Assembly: GCA_963662285.2 (NCBI GenBank)
Contig: CAXXMV010000002.1
Location: 1,024,001-1,088,000, forward strand
DNA length: 64,000 bases
Source: a bacterium
GTDB taxonomy: Bacteria; Hinthialibacterota; Hinthialibacteria; Hinthialibacterales; Hinthialibacteraceae
Reading direction: 5' to 3'
Made by a program: the position numbers and the translations under genes. Positions within the stretch are counted from its first letter, which is position 1. Every line of letters starts with the position of its first letter. The notes beneath the pieces were generated by a model. That model was not told the origin of the DNA. It saw nothing but the letters and a program-made list of their open reading frames with translations, and ran no database searches. This document shows, piece after piece, positions 36,647 to 44,277 of this stretch.

Positions 36647-36970
36647 TTAGGCATGAGCATGGGAAGATTGGCCTTTTTGTAAGGCTGTGATTGTGAATGA
36701 TACTTCCACTTTTTGATCCAATTTGTTCAATATCGTAATTAGACGATCAATAGTCATTCCCTTTAATTGAGGTTTGCGAAGTCTGGAAAATACGGTATGG
36801 TCTACACCCGTTATTTTCGCTGCCTGACGGGTGGACAGTTCCCGTTCATTTAGAATTTTAACGATTTCAGAAGCGAGCAAGACTTTGGTTTGCCGTACAT
36901 CTGCATCGGGCAGGTTAAAATCTTGGTAAATGTTTCCACTACCTCGGATAATTTCTATATCTTCACTCAT
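36647..36970 (-). CDS. XRE-family HTH antitoxin (HigA-like)
   Basis: GSGNIYQDFNLPDA N-terminus, LSTRQAAKITGVD..SRL, TIDRL..L..L. Confidence 0.85.
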   Translation of the reverse strand: MSEDIEIIRGSGNIYQDFNLPDADVRQTKVLLASEIVKILNERELSTRQAAKITGVDHTVFSRLRKPQLKGMTIDRLITILNKLDQKVEVSFTITALQKGQSSHAHA

Positions 36971-37317
36971 CCCAATACCTCTTTTATTTTTTTGATCCTA
37001 TTCCGTATTAAATCTATTTCATGTTTAGGCGTCTTAATCCCAATTGTTGATTTCTTCTTAAACGCATGAACAACCCATAAATCATTGCCGATTTTAACAG
37101 CGTAAACGGTTCTGAATGTATCGCCTCGATGTCGAAGAGCAATTTCAAAAACACCCGAACCAAATCCTTTTAAGGGCTTGGCGATTTCTGGCATATTGCC
37201 ATCAGCAGCATAAGAAAGAATATCTCTAATCTCGTCTTGGGCTGCCTTGGGAAATTCTTCAAAATCTTTCCGGGCGGATTTAATCCACGAGATGTGCCGT
37301 TGCGTTTCTCTAACCAT
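36967..37317 (-). CDS. RelE/ParE-superfamily toxin (HigB/Gp49-like)
   Basis: WIKSARKDFEEFP, KPLKGFGSGVFEI, TFRTVY, VVHAFKKKS..GIKTP; ATGA overlap with the antitoxin; toxin-first order. Confidence 0.85.
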   Translation of the reverse strand: MVRETQRHISWIKSARKDFEEFPKAAQDEIRDILSYAADGNMPEIAKPLKGFGSGVFEIALRHRGDTFRTVYAVKIGNDLWVVHAFKKKSTIGIKTPKHEIDLIRNRIKKIKEVLG

Positions 37318-37322
37318 AACTA

Positions 37323-37351
37323 ATGTTGTCTTATTTAACAACACTTGTCAA
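37323..37351 (-). promoter_or_regulatory. Putative TA promoter with overlapping operator, probably leaderless
   Basis: Minus strand TTGACA (37351-37346), 17 nt, weak -10 CAACAT; TGTTG-N10-CAACA palindrome at 37324-37343; predicted +1 falls near ATG 37317 and no RBS is evident. Confidence 0.4.
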
Positions 37352-37405
37352 TGCTTTTTTTTATCTGCGAAGGTTTTGCGGTTGAGAAGAAGAGGCTTGT
37401 CTATG

Positions 37406-37456
37406 CAATTAGAATACTTTGAAGATGCTTTTAGAACTGAAGGTGAGTTGTGGTAG
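37406..37456 (+). repeat. Diverged duplicate of the last 17 codons of rnhB-yraN (36559-36609)
   Basis: QLEYFEDAFRTEGELW* versus QIEYFEDAFRVEGELG*; 37/51 nt identical. Confidence 0.8.
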
Positions 37457-37472
37457 GTTTTTAAGAATCGTC

Positions 37473-38315
37473 CTAGTTCGGTAAGTAAATATGTTCTTTA
37501 TTAGCGTTGTTCTCAACCGCAGTAACTGGAAGCAATCTTAACCATTCTTTTGACCATTTTTGTTTTTCAAGCAAGGTTTGAATATCCTTCCAACATCCAC
37601 CATGTGTTTTATTGTTATGGTACAAACGATCTAGAACAACGTAAATCAAATTGTTTTGTTGGTCTGGTTGTTTTTCTTTTTGTAGGCGTGCGGCTCTTCT
37701 TAATAGAAATGGAGCATCGACCGGCCAATGATCCTTGACCTGTTTGACAAATAATTTTTTTAGATAATTATTGATTTTGTCAGATAATGGATTAATGCTT
37801 AGTAAAGCGTTGAAAGCGTAAGCGGCGGTTTCTGGAATATCAAAAATTTCTTCCCAAAAATCCCGCTCAGATTCGTATATTTGATAGCCCATCGCCGCCC
37901 TGATCGCCGCCTGGAAAACCTTTTTGGGATAATTACCTTTTTGTTTGATAGATCGCAAAAATTCATCAGAATAAGGTTTCAATTCTGCTGGAGAAGTCAT
38001 ATCAACTATGCTGCACAGTCGGGTAAAGGCATCTATGTGGTCTTCATTTAACTGGCGGGGAGTATCAAATAACCAGGATTTCGCCTCTTCATAAACCTCA
38101 ATACAACCATTAATTATTGCGCGATGATAGAAATCAGGTAATGCGTCATTCCTTAAAACTTGAATCAGCAAATCTTCACTTGGCTCTAAAAAATAGCCTG
38201 AGCCAACCGTAGTCATATCATCACCCATTATTCTTTCTTTGGCTAAGGTTTTAATTATTGTTTCTTCCTTAGAGTAAGAAAGGATGTATTGAGCTGCTAA
38301 TTCTTTGGTTATCAT
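37473..38315 (-). CDS. Hypothetical low-GC protein, predicted mostly helical
   Basis: Long open frame, no recognisable motif; ATG 38315 overlaps the stop of an upstream frame. Confidence 0.55.
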   Translation of the reverse strand: MITKELAAQYILSYSKEETIIKTLAKERIMGDDMTTVGSGYFLEPSEDLLIQVLRNDALPDFYHRAIINGCIEVYEEAKSWLFDTPRQLNEDHIDAFTRLCSIVDMTSPAELKPYSDEFLRSIKQKGNYPKKVFQAAIRAAMGYQIYESERDFWEEIFDIPETAAYAFNALLSINPLSDKINNYLKKLFVKQVKDHWPVDAPFLLRRAARLQKEKQPDQQNNLIYVVLDRLYHNNKTHGGCWKDIQTLLEKQKWSKEWLRLLPVTAVENNANKEHIYLPN

Positions 38316-38608
38316 TGTCTTGTTCTTAATTCCCAGATTTTTGGTGTTACGGAGCAACCTCTATGAACTGCCTCAGGTAAACCATGATGATTATTTGGAT
38401 CAAGAGGTTTTGTCATTCCTGTCTTCGCTTCACAATCTTCAACAATGCTGAATGCAGAATTATCAAGAGCATCGAGAGATCGTGGAACGTGTAATAAGCC
38501 TTCGATGTCTTCTTTCTTATATGAACATATTATACATCGGTTTTCATTTTTTAGGTCTTTTAGTCCTAATCGGTCGCAAACGGTATCAATCTTGTAATCG
38601 ACAGTTAA
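38312..38608 (-). pseudogene. Probable 3' remnant of a gene translationally coupled to 37473-38315
   Basis: 98-codon open frame lacking an early start, ending ...KIWELRTRQ* with ATGA overlap onto the next gene. Confidence 0.35.
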
Positions 38609-38654
38609 TCATTGGTGCGCTATGATGCGGGAGTGAAAGGATTTAGGAAAACCT

Positions 38655-39605
38655 ATGAGCGAATTTTCCATCCCGCAGATCGAGTCGGTTGTTCGTTGTT
38701 GCCTTCCTCAGACGGAGTGCGCCATAGAAATCCAGCCAATTGCTTCTGGATTGTTTAATACTTCATTTTTTATAAAGACTATTGAAGGTGAGTGGGTGTT
38801 GCGCATCGCCCCGCCCAAGGATTCTGAGTTCTGCTTTTACGAAAGAGGCATGATGCGGCAAGAGCCTCATCTTCATAAACTTGTGGCTGAAAAAACCTCT
38901 ACGCCGGTTGCTGGGATCATCAAATATGACGACTCGCTGGAATTGATTGACCGCGAATATATGCTTATGGAAAGGTTGCCCGGTAAGCCGATGTCGGACG
39001 CTGCTGGAATCGACCAGGATAAAGTCCTGCGGCAAATGGGGCGCTATCTCGCCCAGGTTCACAGCATAACCTCTGATAAATACGGCTATAACGGAGCGCA
39101 TAAGCCGATGGCGCCTCAGACCATATGGGCTGACGCTTTCAAGATTATGTGGAACAAGTTGGTTGATGATATCGTCCGGGTTGGCCACTACGATGAACCA
39201 GAAAGCCGCCTGTTGCGTGATTTACTGCATAGATGCCTCAAGCATTTTGACCGTCCGGTTCAATCCAGTCTGCTGCACATGGACTTCTGGCAGCAGAATA
39301 TACTTATTGATGAGGACTCGGTTATAACTGGAGTTCTGGACTGGGATCGCGCTCTTTGGGGTGATGTGGAGATTGAGTTCGCCGTGCTCGATTATTGCGG
39401 GATATCTCAGCCAGCCTTCTGGGAGGGATACGGTCAGAAACGCGACCGTTCCGAGGGATCGAGAATCCGGGGCGTATTCTATTTTCTCTACGAGTTGCAA
39501 AAATACATCGTCATCCGTCAAGGACGCCATAATGATAGGGAAGGCGCTTTGCAATACAAACAGCAGGTAATGCAATTCCTCAAACAGTGTTTCGGCGGCC
39601 TTTAG
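38655..39605 (+). CDS. Aminoglycoside phosphotransferase-fold (APH/choline kinase-like) phosphotransferase
   Basis: SGLFN, VLRIAP, MERLPG, LLHMDFWQQNIL (Brenner motif), GVLDWD, GD. Confidence 0.85.
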   Translation: MSEFSIPQIESVVRCCLPQTECAIEIQPIASGLFNTSFFIKTIEGEWVLRIAPPKDSEFCFYERGMMRQEPHLHKLVAEKTSTPVAGIIKYDDSLELIDREYMLMERLPGKPMSDAAGIDQDKVLRQMGRYLAQVHSITSDKYGYNGAHKPMAPQTIWADAFKIMWNKLVDDIVRVGHYDEPESRLLRDLLHRCLKHFDRPVQSSLLHMDFWQQNILIDEDSVITGVLDWDRALWGDVEIEFAVLDYCGISQPAFWEGYGQKRDRSEGSRIRGVFYFLYELQKYIVIRQGRHNDREGALQYKQQVMQFLKQCFGGL

Positions 39606-39725
39606 GGTTGAATCATGATATAATTTCAGACCTCCTGAGCTCACCCGTGGTTTGCGGTTCTCGCGGGATTTTGTTAGGATACTGGAGGGAAGGCCAATCC
39701 TGCAGAGTATGAGGGAGTTAAAAAA

Positions 39726-40190
39726 ATGCCGCAGACCTTATTACCTCTATTCGCATCAGGCGAAGGATTCATATCCGAGTTGATTTCCTATCAAAAAAAA
39801 GATGGATCGGTGTACTACTTTCATGCCGGATTACCGGTTTTCAGTCATGGGGAAACCGACCTTAAAAGTTTTCGCATGTTCACCAGCCAGTTGGCGGTCA
39901 GTGGAGTCTGCCGCCAAGTTGACATCGTTAGAGCCTTTGGCATCAGCGCCATCAGTATGAAGCGATGGGTCAAGAAATACCGCGAGGAAGGCCCGGAAGC
40001 ATTCTTCAAAACTCCGCGCCGACGCAGCGAACATGTCCTGACGCCGGAGGTCTTGCAAAAAACCCAAGACCTCTTATCGCAGGGCGTGAGCCGTTCCGAA
40101 GCAGCGAAGCAAATGAATCTAAAATCGAATACCTTGTCGAAGGCGATCTGCGCAGGCCGCTTGACCGAACCGGTAAAAAAAAAGACCTGA
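39726..40190 (+). CDS. IS ORF A, HTH domain
   Basis: RQVDIVRAFGISAISMKRWVKKYREEG HTH; second HTH SRSEAAKQMNLKSNTLSK. Confidence 0.75.
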   Translation: MPQTLLPLFASGEGFISELISYQKKDGSVYYFHAGLPVFSHGETDLKSFRMFTSQLAVSGVCRQVDIVRAFGISAISMKRWVKKYREEGPEAFFKTPRRRSEHVLTPEVLQKTQDLLSQGVSRSEAAKQMNLKSNTLSKAICAGRLTEPVKKKT

Positions 40191-41923
40191 ACGGCAGCAA
40201 CAAAAGCCAGCGCAGCGCGGCGGATCATGCCGCTCCCATGGGGATGGGATGTACACGGGTCGTGGAGCGGGTCTGTGCGGCGACGGGTCAACTCAGCGAA
40301 GCGCCCACCCGTTTCGAGACCTCGCTGGACGTCTGCAATGGCGGCGTGCTTTGGGCGCTGCCGGCGTTATCGGCCAATGGATTGTTGACCAAAACAGAAG
40401 CCTTGTTCTCCCTGCCCAAAGGTTATTATTCCTGCATTCATATTTTCCTGCTGTTAGCTTTCATGGCCTTGATCCGGATCAAGACCAACGAACAGTTGCG
40501 CTATTTTCCGGCGGGAGAAGGGGGCAAATGGCTGGGATTGGATCGAATCCCCGAAGTGCGGACCTTGCGGGAAAAGATCAAAATCCTGGCGGCGCCCGAA
40601 TCGGTCGCGCAATGGAGCCGCATCTTGTCACGGCATTGGATGGATAACAATCCAGAGGCGGCGGGAGTTCTGTATATCGATGGACACGTACGCGTCTATC
40701 ACGGCTCGCAAACTCCGCTCCCCAAACGGTACGTGGCGCGCGACCGCTTGTGCATGCGGGGCACGACCGACTATTGGGTAAACGATCAGCAGGGCGATCC
40801 GTTCTTCGTGGTGAGCACGCCGTTCACCGCGGGATTGCTGGATATGTTGAAACGCGAGATCGCGCCGCAACTGCTGCAGGATGTTCCCAACCAGCCCAGC
40901 CCGCAACAACTCGAAGCGAATCCTTATTGCCATCGGTTTGTCATGATCTTTGACCGTGAGGGATACAGCCCAACCTTCTTCGCGGAGATGCGGACGCTCC
41001 GCATCGCCTGTCAAACTTACAACAAGTATCCCAAAGAAGATTGGCCGGAAGCGGAATTCACCGAGGTCAATGTGGAGATGCCCGGCGGCCATTCATCCCG
41101 CATGAAATTGGCTGAACGAGGGGTGTTCCTGGGCCGGGTTTTGTGGGTGAGGGAAATCCGGAAACTCACTGTTTACACCTCTGATTTTACCCGTATTGCG
41201 GCGCACATGTTCTCGCGATGGTCACAGGAAAACTTTTTCCGTTATATGATGCAACACTATGGAATTGATCGGCTGATCGACTACGATCTCGTCAAGCCGG
41301 ATGATACCATGAAAGTGGTTAATCCCGCTTATCGTTCCTTGGAAGGCCGGATAAAAAAACAAGCGGGACGATTGGGAAGAAAGAAGGCGGAGTTTGGAAC
41401 TTTGGCGCTGACGGAATCCCAGGTGGAGGAGAACGATATCTTATCCTTTGAACAAAAAAAGGGGGAAATCAAAGAAGAAATCGAGCAGTTGGAGCATGAA
41501 CTGGCCGGGATGAAGGAGGAACGCAAAACGGTTGCCAAGCACTTGCCGCTTAACCAACTGCCGGAGTCGGAACGGTTTCAGCAACTCGCTCCAACGCGCA
41601 AACAATTTCTCGATGCGATTAAAATGATCGCCTATCGGGCGGAGACGGCCATGGCGATGATTGTGCGAACAAAATTGGCCCGAAGCGACGATGCCCGCTC
41701 ATTGATCCGGGAAATATTTGCGACGGAAGCGGATTTCATTCCTGATGAGGAAAACAAAACCTTAACGGTGCAGTTGCACCATTTGACCAACCACCTATCG
41801 GATCAAGCCGCCCGCAACTTAGCAGCGAATCTCAACGCCACAGAAACCATCTACCCCGGCACGGAATTGCGACTAATCTACAAACTGGTATCGGATGAAA
41901 TTCCACCAGATCAGGAGGTCTGA
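40175..41923 (+). CDS. IS ORF B, putative DDE transposase, probably expressed by -1 frameshift from ORF A
   Basis: LYIDGH, MIFDREG, RWSQENFF (D-D-E); the stop TGA is the last 3 nt of the right IR; start given at the slippery site. Confidence 0.75.
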   Translation, partial: KKKDLNGSNKSQRSAADHAAPMGMGCTRVVERVCAATGQLSEAPTRFETSLDVCNGGVLWALPALSANGLLTKTEALFSLPKGYYSCIHIFLLLAFMALIRIKTNEQLRYFPAGEGGKWLGLDRIPEVRTLREKIKILAAPESVAQWSRILSRHWMDNNPEAAGVLYIDGHVRVYHGSQTPLPKRYVARDRLCMRGTTDYWVNDQQGDPFFVVSTPFTAGLLDMLKREIAPQLLQDVPNQPSPQQLEANPYCHRFVMIFDREGYSPTFFAEMRTLRIACQTYNKYPKEDWPEAEFTEVNVEMPGGHSSRMKLAERGVFLGRVLWVREIRKLTVYTSDFTRIAAHMFSRWSQENFFRYMMQHYGIDRLIDYDLVKPDDTMKVVNPAYRSLEGRIKKQAGRLGRKKAEFGTLALTESQVEENDILSFEQKKGEIKEEIEQLEHELAGMKEERKTVAKHLPLNQLPESERFQQLAPTRKQFLDAIKMIAYRAETAMAMIVRTKLARSDDARSLIREIFATEADFIPDEENKTLTVQLHHLTNHLSDQAARNLAANLNATETIYPGTELRLIYKLVSDEIPPDQEV

Positions 41924-41969
41924 TATTGTATGAATAAGTCAATACAATATAACAGGTTATATCCAAAAT

Positions 41970-42006
41970 CCCTCTCCCCCAAGTTGGGGGAGAATTCAAG
42001 AGAGGG
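41970..42006. repeat. Palindromic element next to the IS right end
   Basis: TCTCCCCCA-AGT-TGGGGGAGA stem plus CCCTCT/AGAGGG pairing. Confidence 0.4.
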
Positions 42007-42049
42007 TTGTTTATCAAACTTTATATTTTTTAAGTGACTTAATGATTTA

Positions 42050-43579
42050 TCAAGGTTTGACAAATATAGCGTAGCGGCTGGATTTTACCGCTTTCCACCC
42101 CAGTTTCATCATGGTCTGTTTTGCTTCAATAGTATTAACTACAACAATTTCAACGTGTTTATCTTCAAGAAATTTTTTTAATTGTTCAGGCGGACGTCTG
42201 AAGACCGGGGGATTGAGCGCCGAATTATCCCTTTGGTGAGGATCGCGGTCATAAAGCATTTCGCCCAAGTCGGTTCCTTGACCAATGACCGCCAGAGTCA
42301 GCCAATCCCACCCATTGACTTCAATCAGAGTTTTCCCTTTTGAATATCGGTGATTTTTTATCTCACTTTTAAGGTCAATACCCGATTGATATAGCTCTGA
42401 TGAAACGAATGCCGGAGGTTTGGTGAATGAAGGAATAAGATAAAAAATGCATAGTGCGGCGGGAAGCACCAGCAGACGCGCAGGGACAAATTGCCCGATC
42501 ATGGCGAATGTTACTCCAATATAAGGAAGCAGAGTTACAAAAATGGGGAAAGTCAGCCGCCAAAAATTATGGGTTGGCATCATACCAAGAGCTGAGGCCG
42601 ATATCTGCGCTATTATATATAGCGCTGTTAGTATAAGTTGATATCCGATCAGGTCATGGATACCCGGATTTTTCCTTCTTTCATGCCATGCTGCGGAAAT
42701 TCCTACAATAATAATGAACAGATAGAGCGGTGAGACGCCGATATAAATACGTAGAAACTGAATTGGAGTCCAAAAAGGGCTGTGTGAATATTGAGAAGAA
42801 AACCCATTTTTGAGCGCTGAGAAATAAGATAAGGTTCCTGGTCCTCCAGCATGCTCCATCATCCAGGTGATAGGAAATGCCAGCGTCAAGGCGCCGCCGA
42901 TAAGGATGAATGAGAACCATTGCATGTTGGTGGTATGGCGACGTAAGCGCCAGATCATCAGTAAATAAATAATTCCAACCAGAGCGATACCCTCCAACCT
43001 GGTCATTGATGCCAAAATAGAAATCAAAAGGGCGGAGAAAGCCAAAAGGATGTTTCTTCTGTCAATCGCCAAAATAAAGGCGATAAATGACAATAACAGA
43101 AGAAATGTGTATAAACTTTCCGCCAGCATACTTGAACCAAGCCATATCCAGCGTGGATAAAATACGAAAATCGCCAGCGGAACAAAGAGAGGCAGTATAG
43201 TGCTCAAACGCCAGTTATTCCCGGTTTGGGGAATTAACCCCCAACATAACAGTCCCAGTAATGGGATGCTCAAAATCGAGGCGGTTATAGATAAAATGCA
43301 CATTGTGGCATGGCCGGAGGCGAAAATTTTGATCATTAATCCACCCAACCAGAATGGAAAGGGCGGCCATGTCGGATCAGGGAAGAAAGAAGGACTCTCT
43401 GACCATAAGATGGCGATGCGGTAACGTGCTACATCATCAGCCGAAAGAGTGAAGAAATAGTTATGATCCGCCAGAAGATATATTGAAAGCCCCAGCCTGA
43501 AAAGCATGCAGAGGATGATCAAAAGCCAGAACCAGCGGAAATAAGCCGTTTTTTTTGGCGATGATGATTTTTTTTTCAT
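42050..43579 (-). CDS. Multi-pass membrane glycosyltransferase (GT-C; ArnT/PMT-like)
   Basis: DD after TM1 (SADDVARY), WPPFPFWL, LAESLY, TRLEG; about 11-12 TM helices. Confidence 0.7.
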   Translation of the reverse strand: MKKKSSSPKKTAYFRWFWLLIILCMLFRLGLSIYLLADHNYFFTLSADDVARYRIAILWSESPSFFPDPTWPPFPFWLGGLMIKIFASGHATMCILSITASILSIPLLGLLCWGLIPQTGNNWRLSTILPLFVPLAIFVFYPRWIWLGSSMLAESLYTFLLLLSFIAFILAIDRRNILLAFSALLISILASMTRLEGIALVGIIYLLMIWRLRRHTTNMQWFSFILIGGALTLAFPITWMMEHAGGPGTLSYFSALKNGFSSQYSHSPFWTPIQFLRIYIGVSPLYLFIIIVGISAAWHERRKNPGIHDLIGYQLILTALYIIAQISASALGMMPTHNFWRLTFPIFVTLLPYIGVTFAMIGQFVPARLLVLPAALCIFYLIPSFTKPPAFVSSELYQSGIDLKSEIKNHRYSKGKTLIEVNGWDWLTLAVIGQGTDLGEMLYDRDPHQRDNSALNPPVFRRPPEQLKKFLEDKHVEIVVVNTIEAKQTMMKLGWKAVKSSRYAIFVKP

Positions 43580-43883
43580 TAAATTGATATCTCAAATTCT
43601 AGTTTATATAAAGGTCAATGAATCCTAACCTATTGAAGTAAGTTGGTGTAGGGATTGAAAAAGAGTTATTCGTTTTTACAGGAAAATAAACTGAGTTTTA
43701 TTAAACAAATCGGTGAATAAAACAATACTCATTAAGGGTAAGCCTATGAATTATAGTTGTTAAAGATGCGTTTCGACAAGTTTAACGGATGGCGAATAGG
43801 TCTTCAAATCTGGAATAATAAATAAATGTCAAGGGGTGAATTGGAGAAAATCAAGTAAAATTATAAATTATGATTAATTTGAC

Positions 43884-43912
43884 TTGACATGTTAGGTATG
43901 ACTCTGTAAAAT
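43884..43912 (+). promoter_or_regulatory. Near-consensus sigma70 promoter upstream of rpoB
   Basis: TTGACA-17 nt-TAAAAT. Confidence 0.7.
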
Positions 43913-44277
43913 TATAGGTTCGAGTTTTAAGAATGGAATCGGGGCCGATCTTTCTTCCAATTACACTCGTAAGCGCTTATGAATCAAACATGCATTATTC
44001 ACGATACGAGAGCCATTGCTCTGATGTCGGGGAACTATCTTGTTCCTTTTTTGTATCTAATCCTACCTGTGCGTCCGCATTTTTTGTGGTCATTACGTCG
44101 GCTATGCCCCCAGTCCGGCTTTTTTATAGAAAGTCTTCGATATAGGAATTAATAGTTAAGGAGATTGTCGGCGGTTAAATCTGTGCTCAAAAGCCCCATT
44201 AGCTGCAACTTGAAACTCGTGTTGGATAATAATTTAAAAGCAGGAAACCCAAACAAAGGGTATAGAGGAGAAAATTA

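Larger units (their letters stand above)
39626..41923 (+). mobile_element. Insertion sequence (about 2.3 kb) with 13-bp terminal inverted repeats; family not assigned
   Basis: TCAGACCTCCTGA (39626-39638) and TCAGGAGGTCTGA (41911-41923); higher GC than the flanks; two overlapping ORFs; no clear target duplication. Confidence 0.85.

Noticed and set aside
37247-37456. 69-aa ORF as a real gene
   Set aside because: It overlaps the toxin gene antisense; only its last 17 codons are meaningful, as the duplicated yraN tail.
38655-39605. Aminoglycoside resistance gene
   Set aside because: The APH fold is shared by many small-molecule kinases and nothing ties this one to an antibiotic; it lies outside the IS ends.
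39615-41935. Target-site duplication around the IS
   Set aside because: Both flanks are AT-rich but no exact direct repeat is present at either plausible end position.
43933-44145. 70-aa leader ORF upstream of rpoB
   Set aside because: No RBS or recognisable motif; better explained as untranslated leader.
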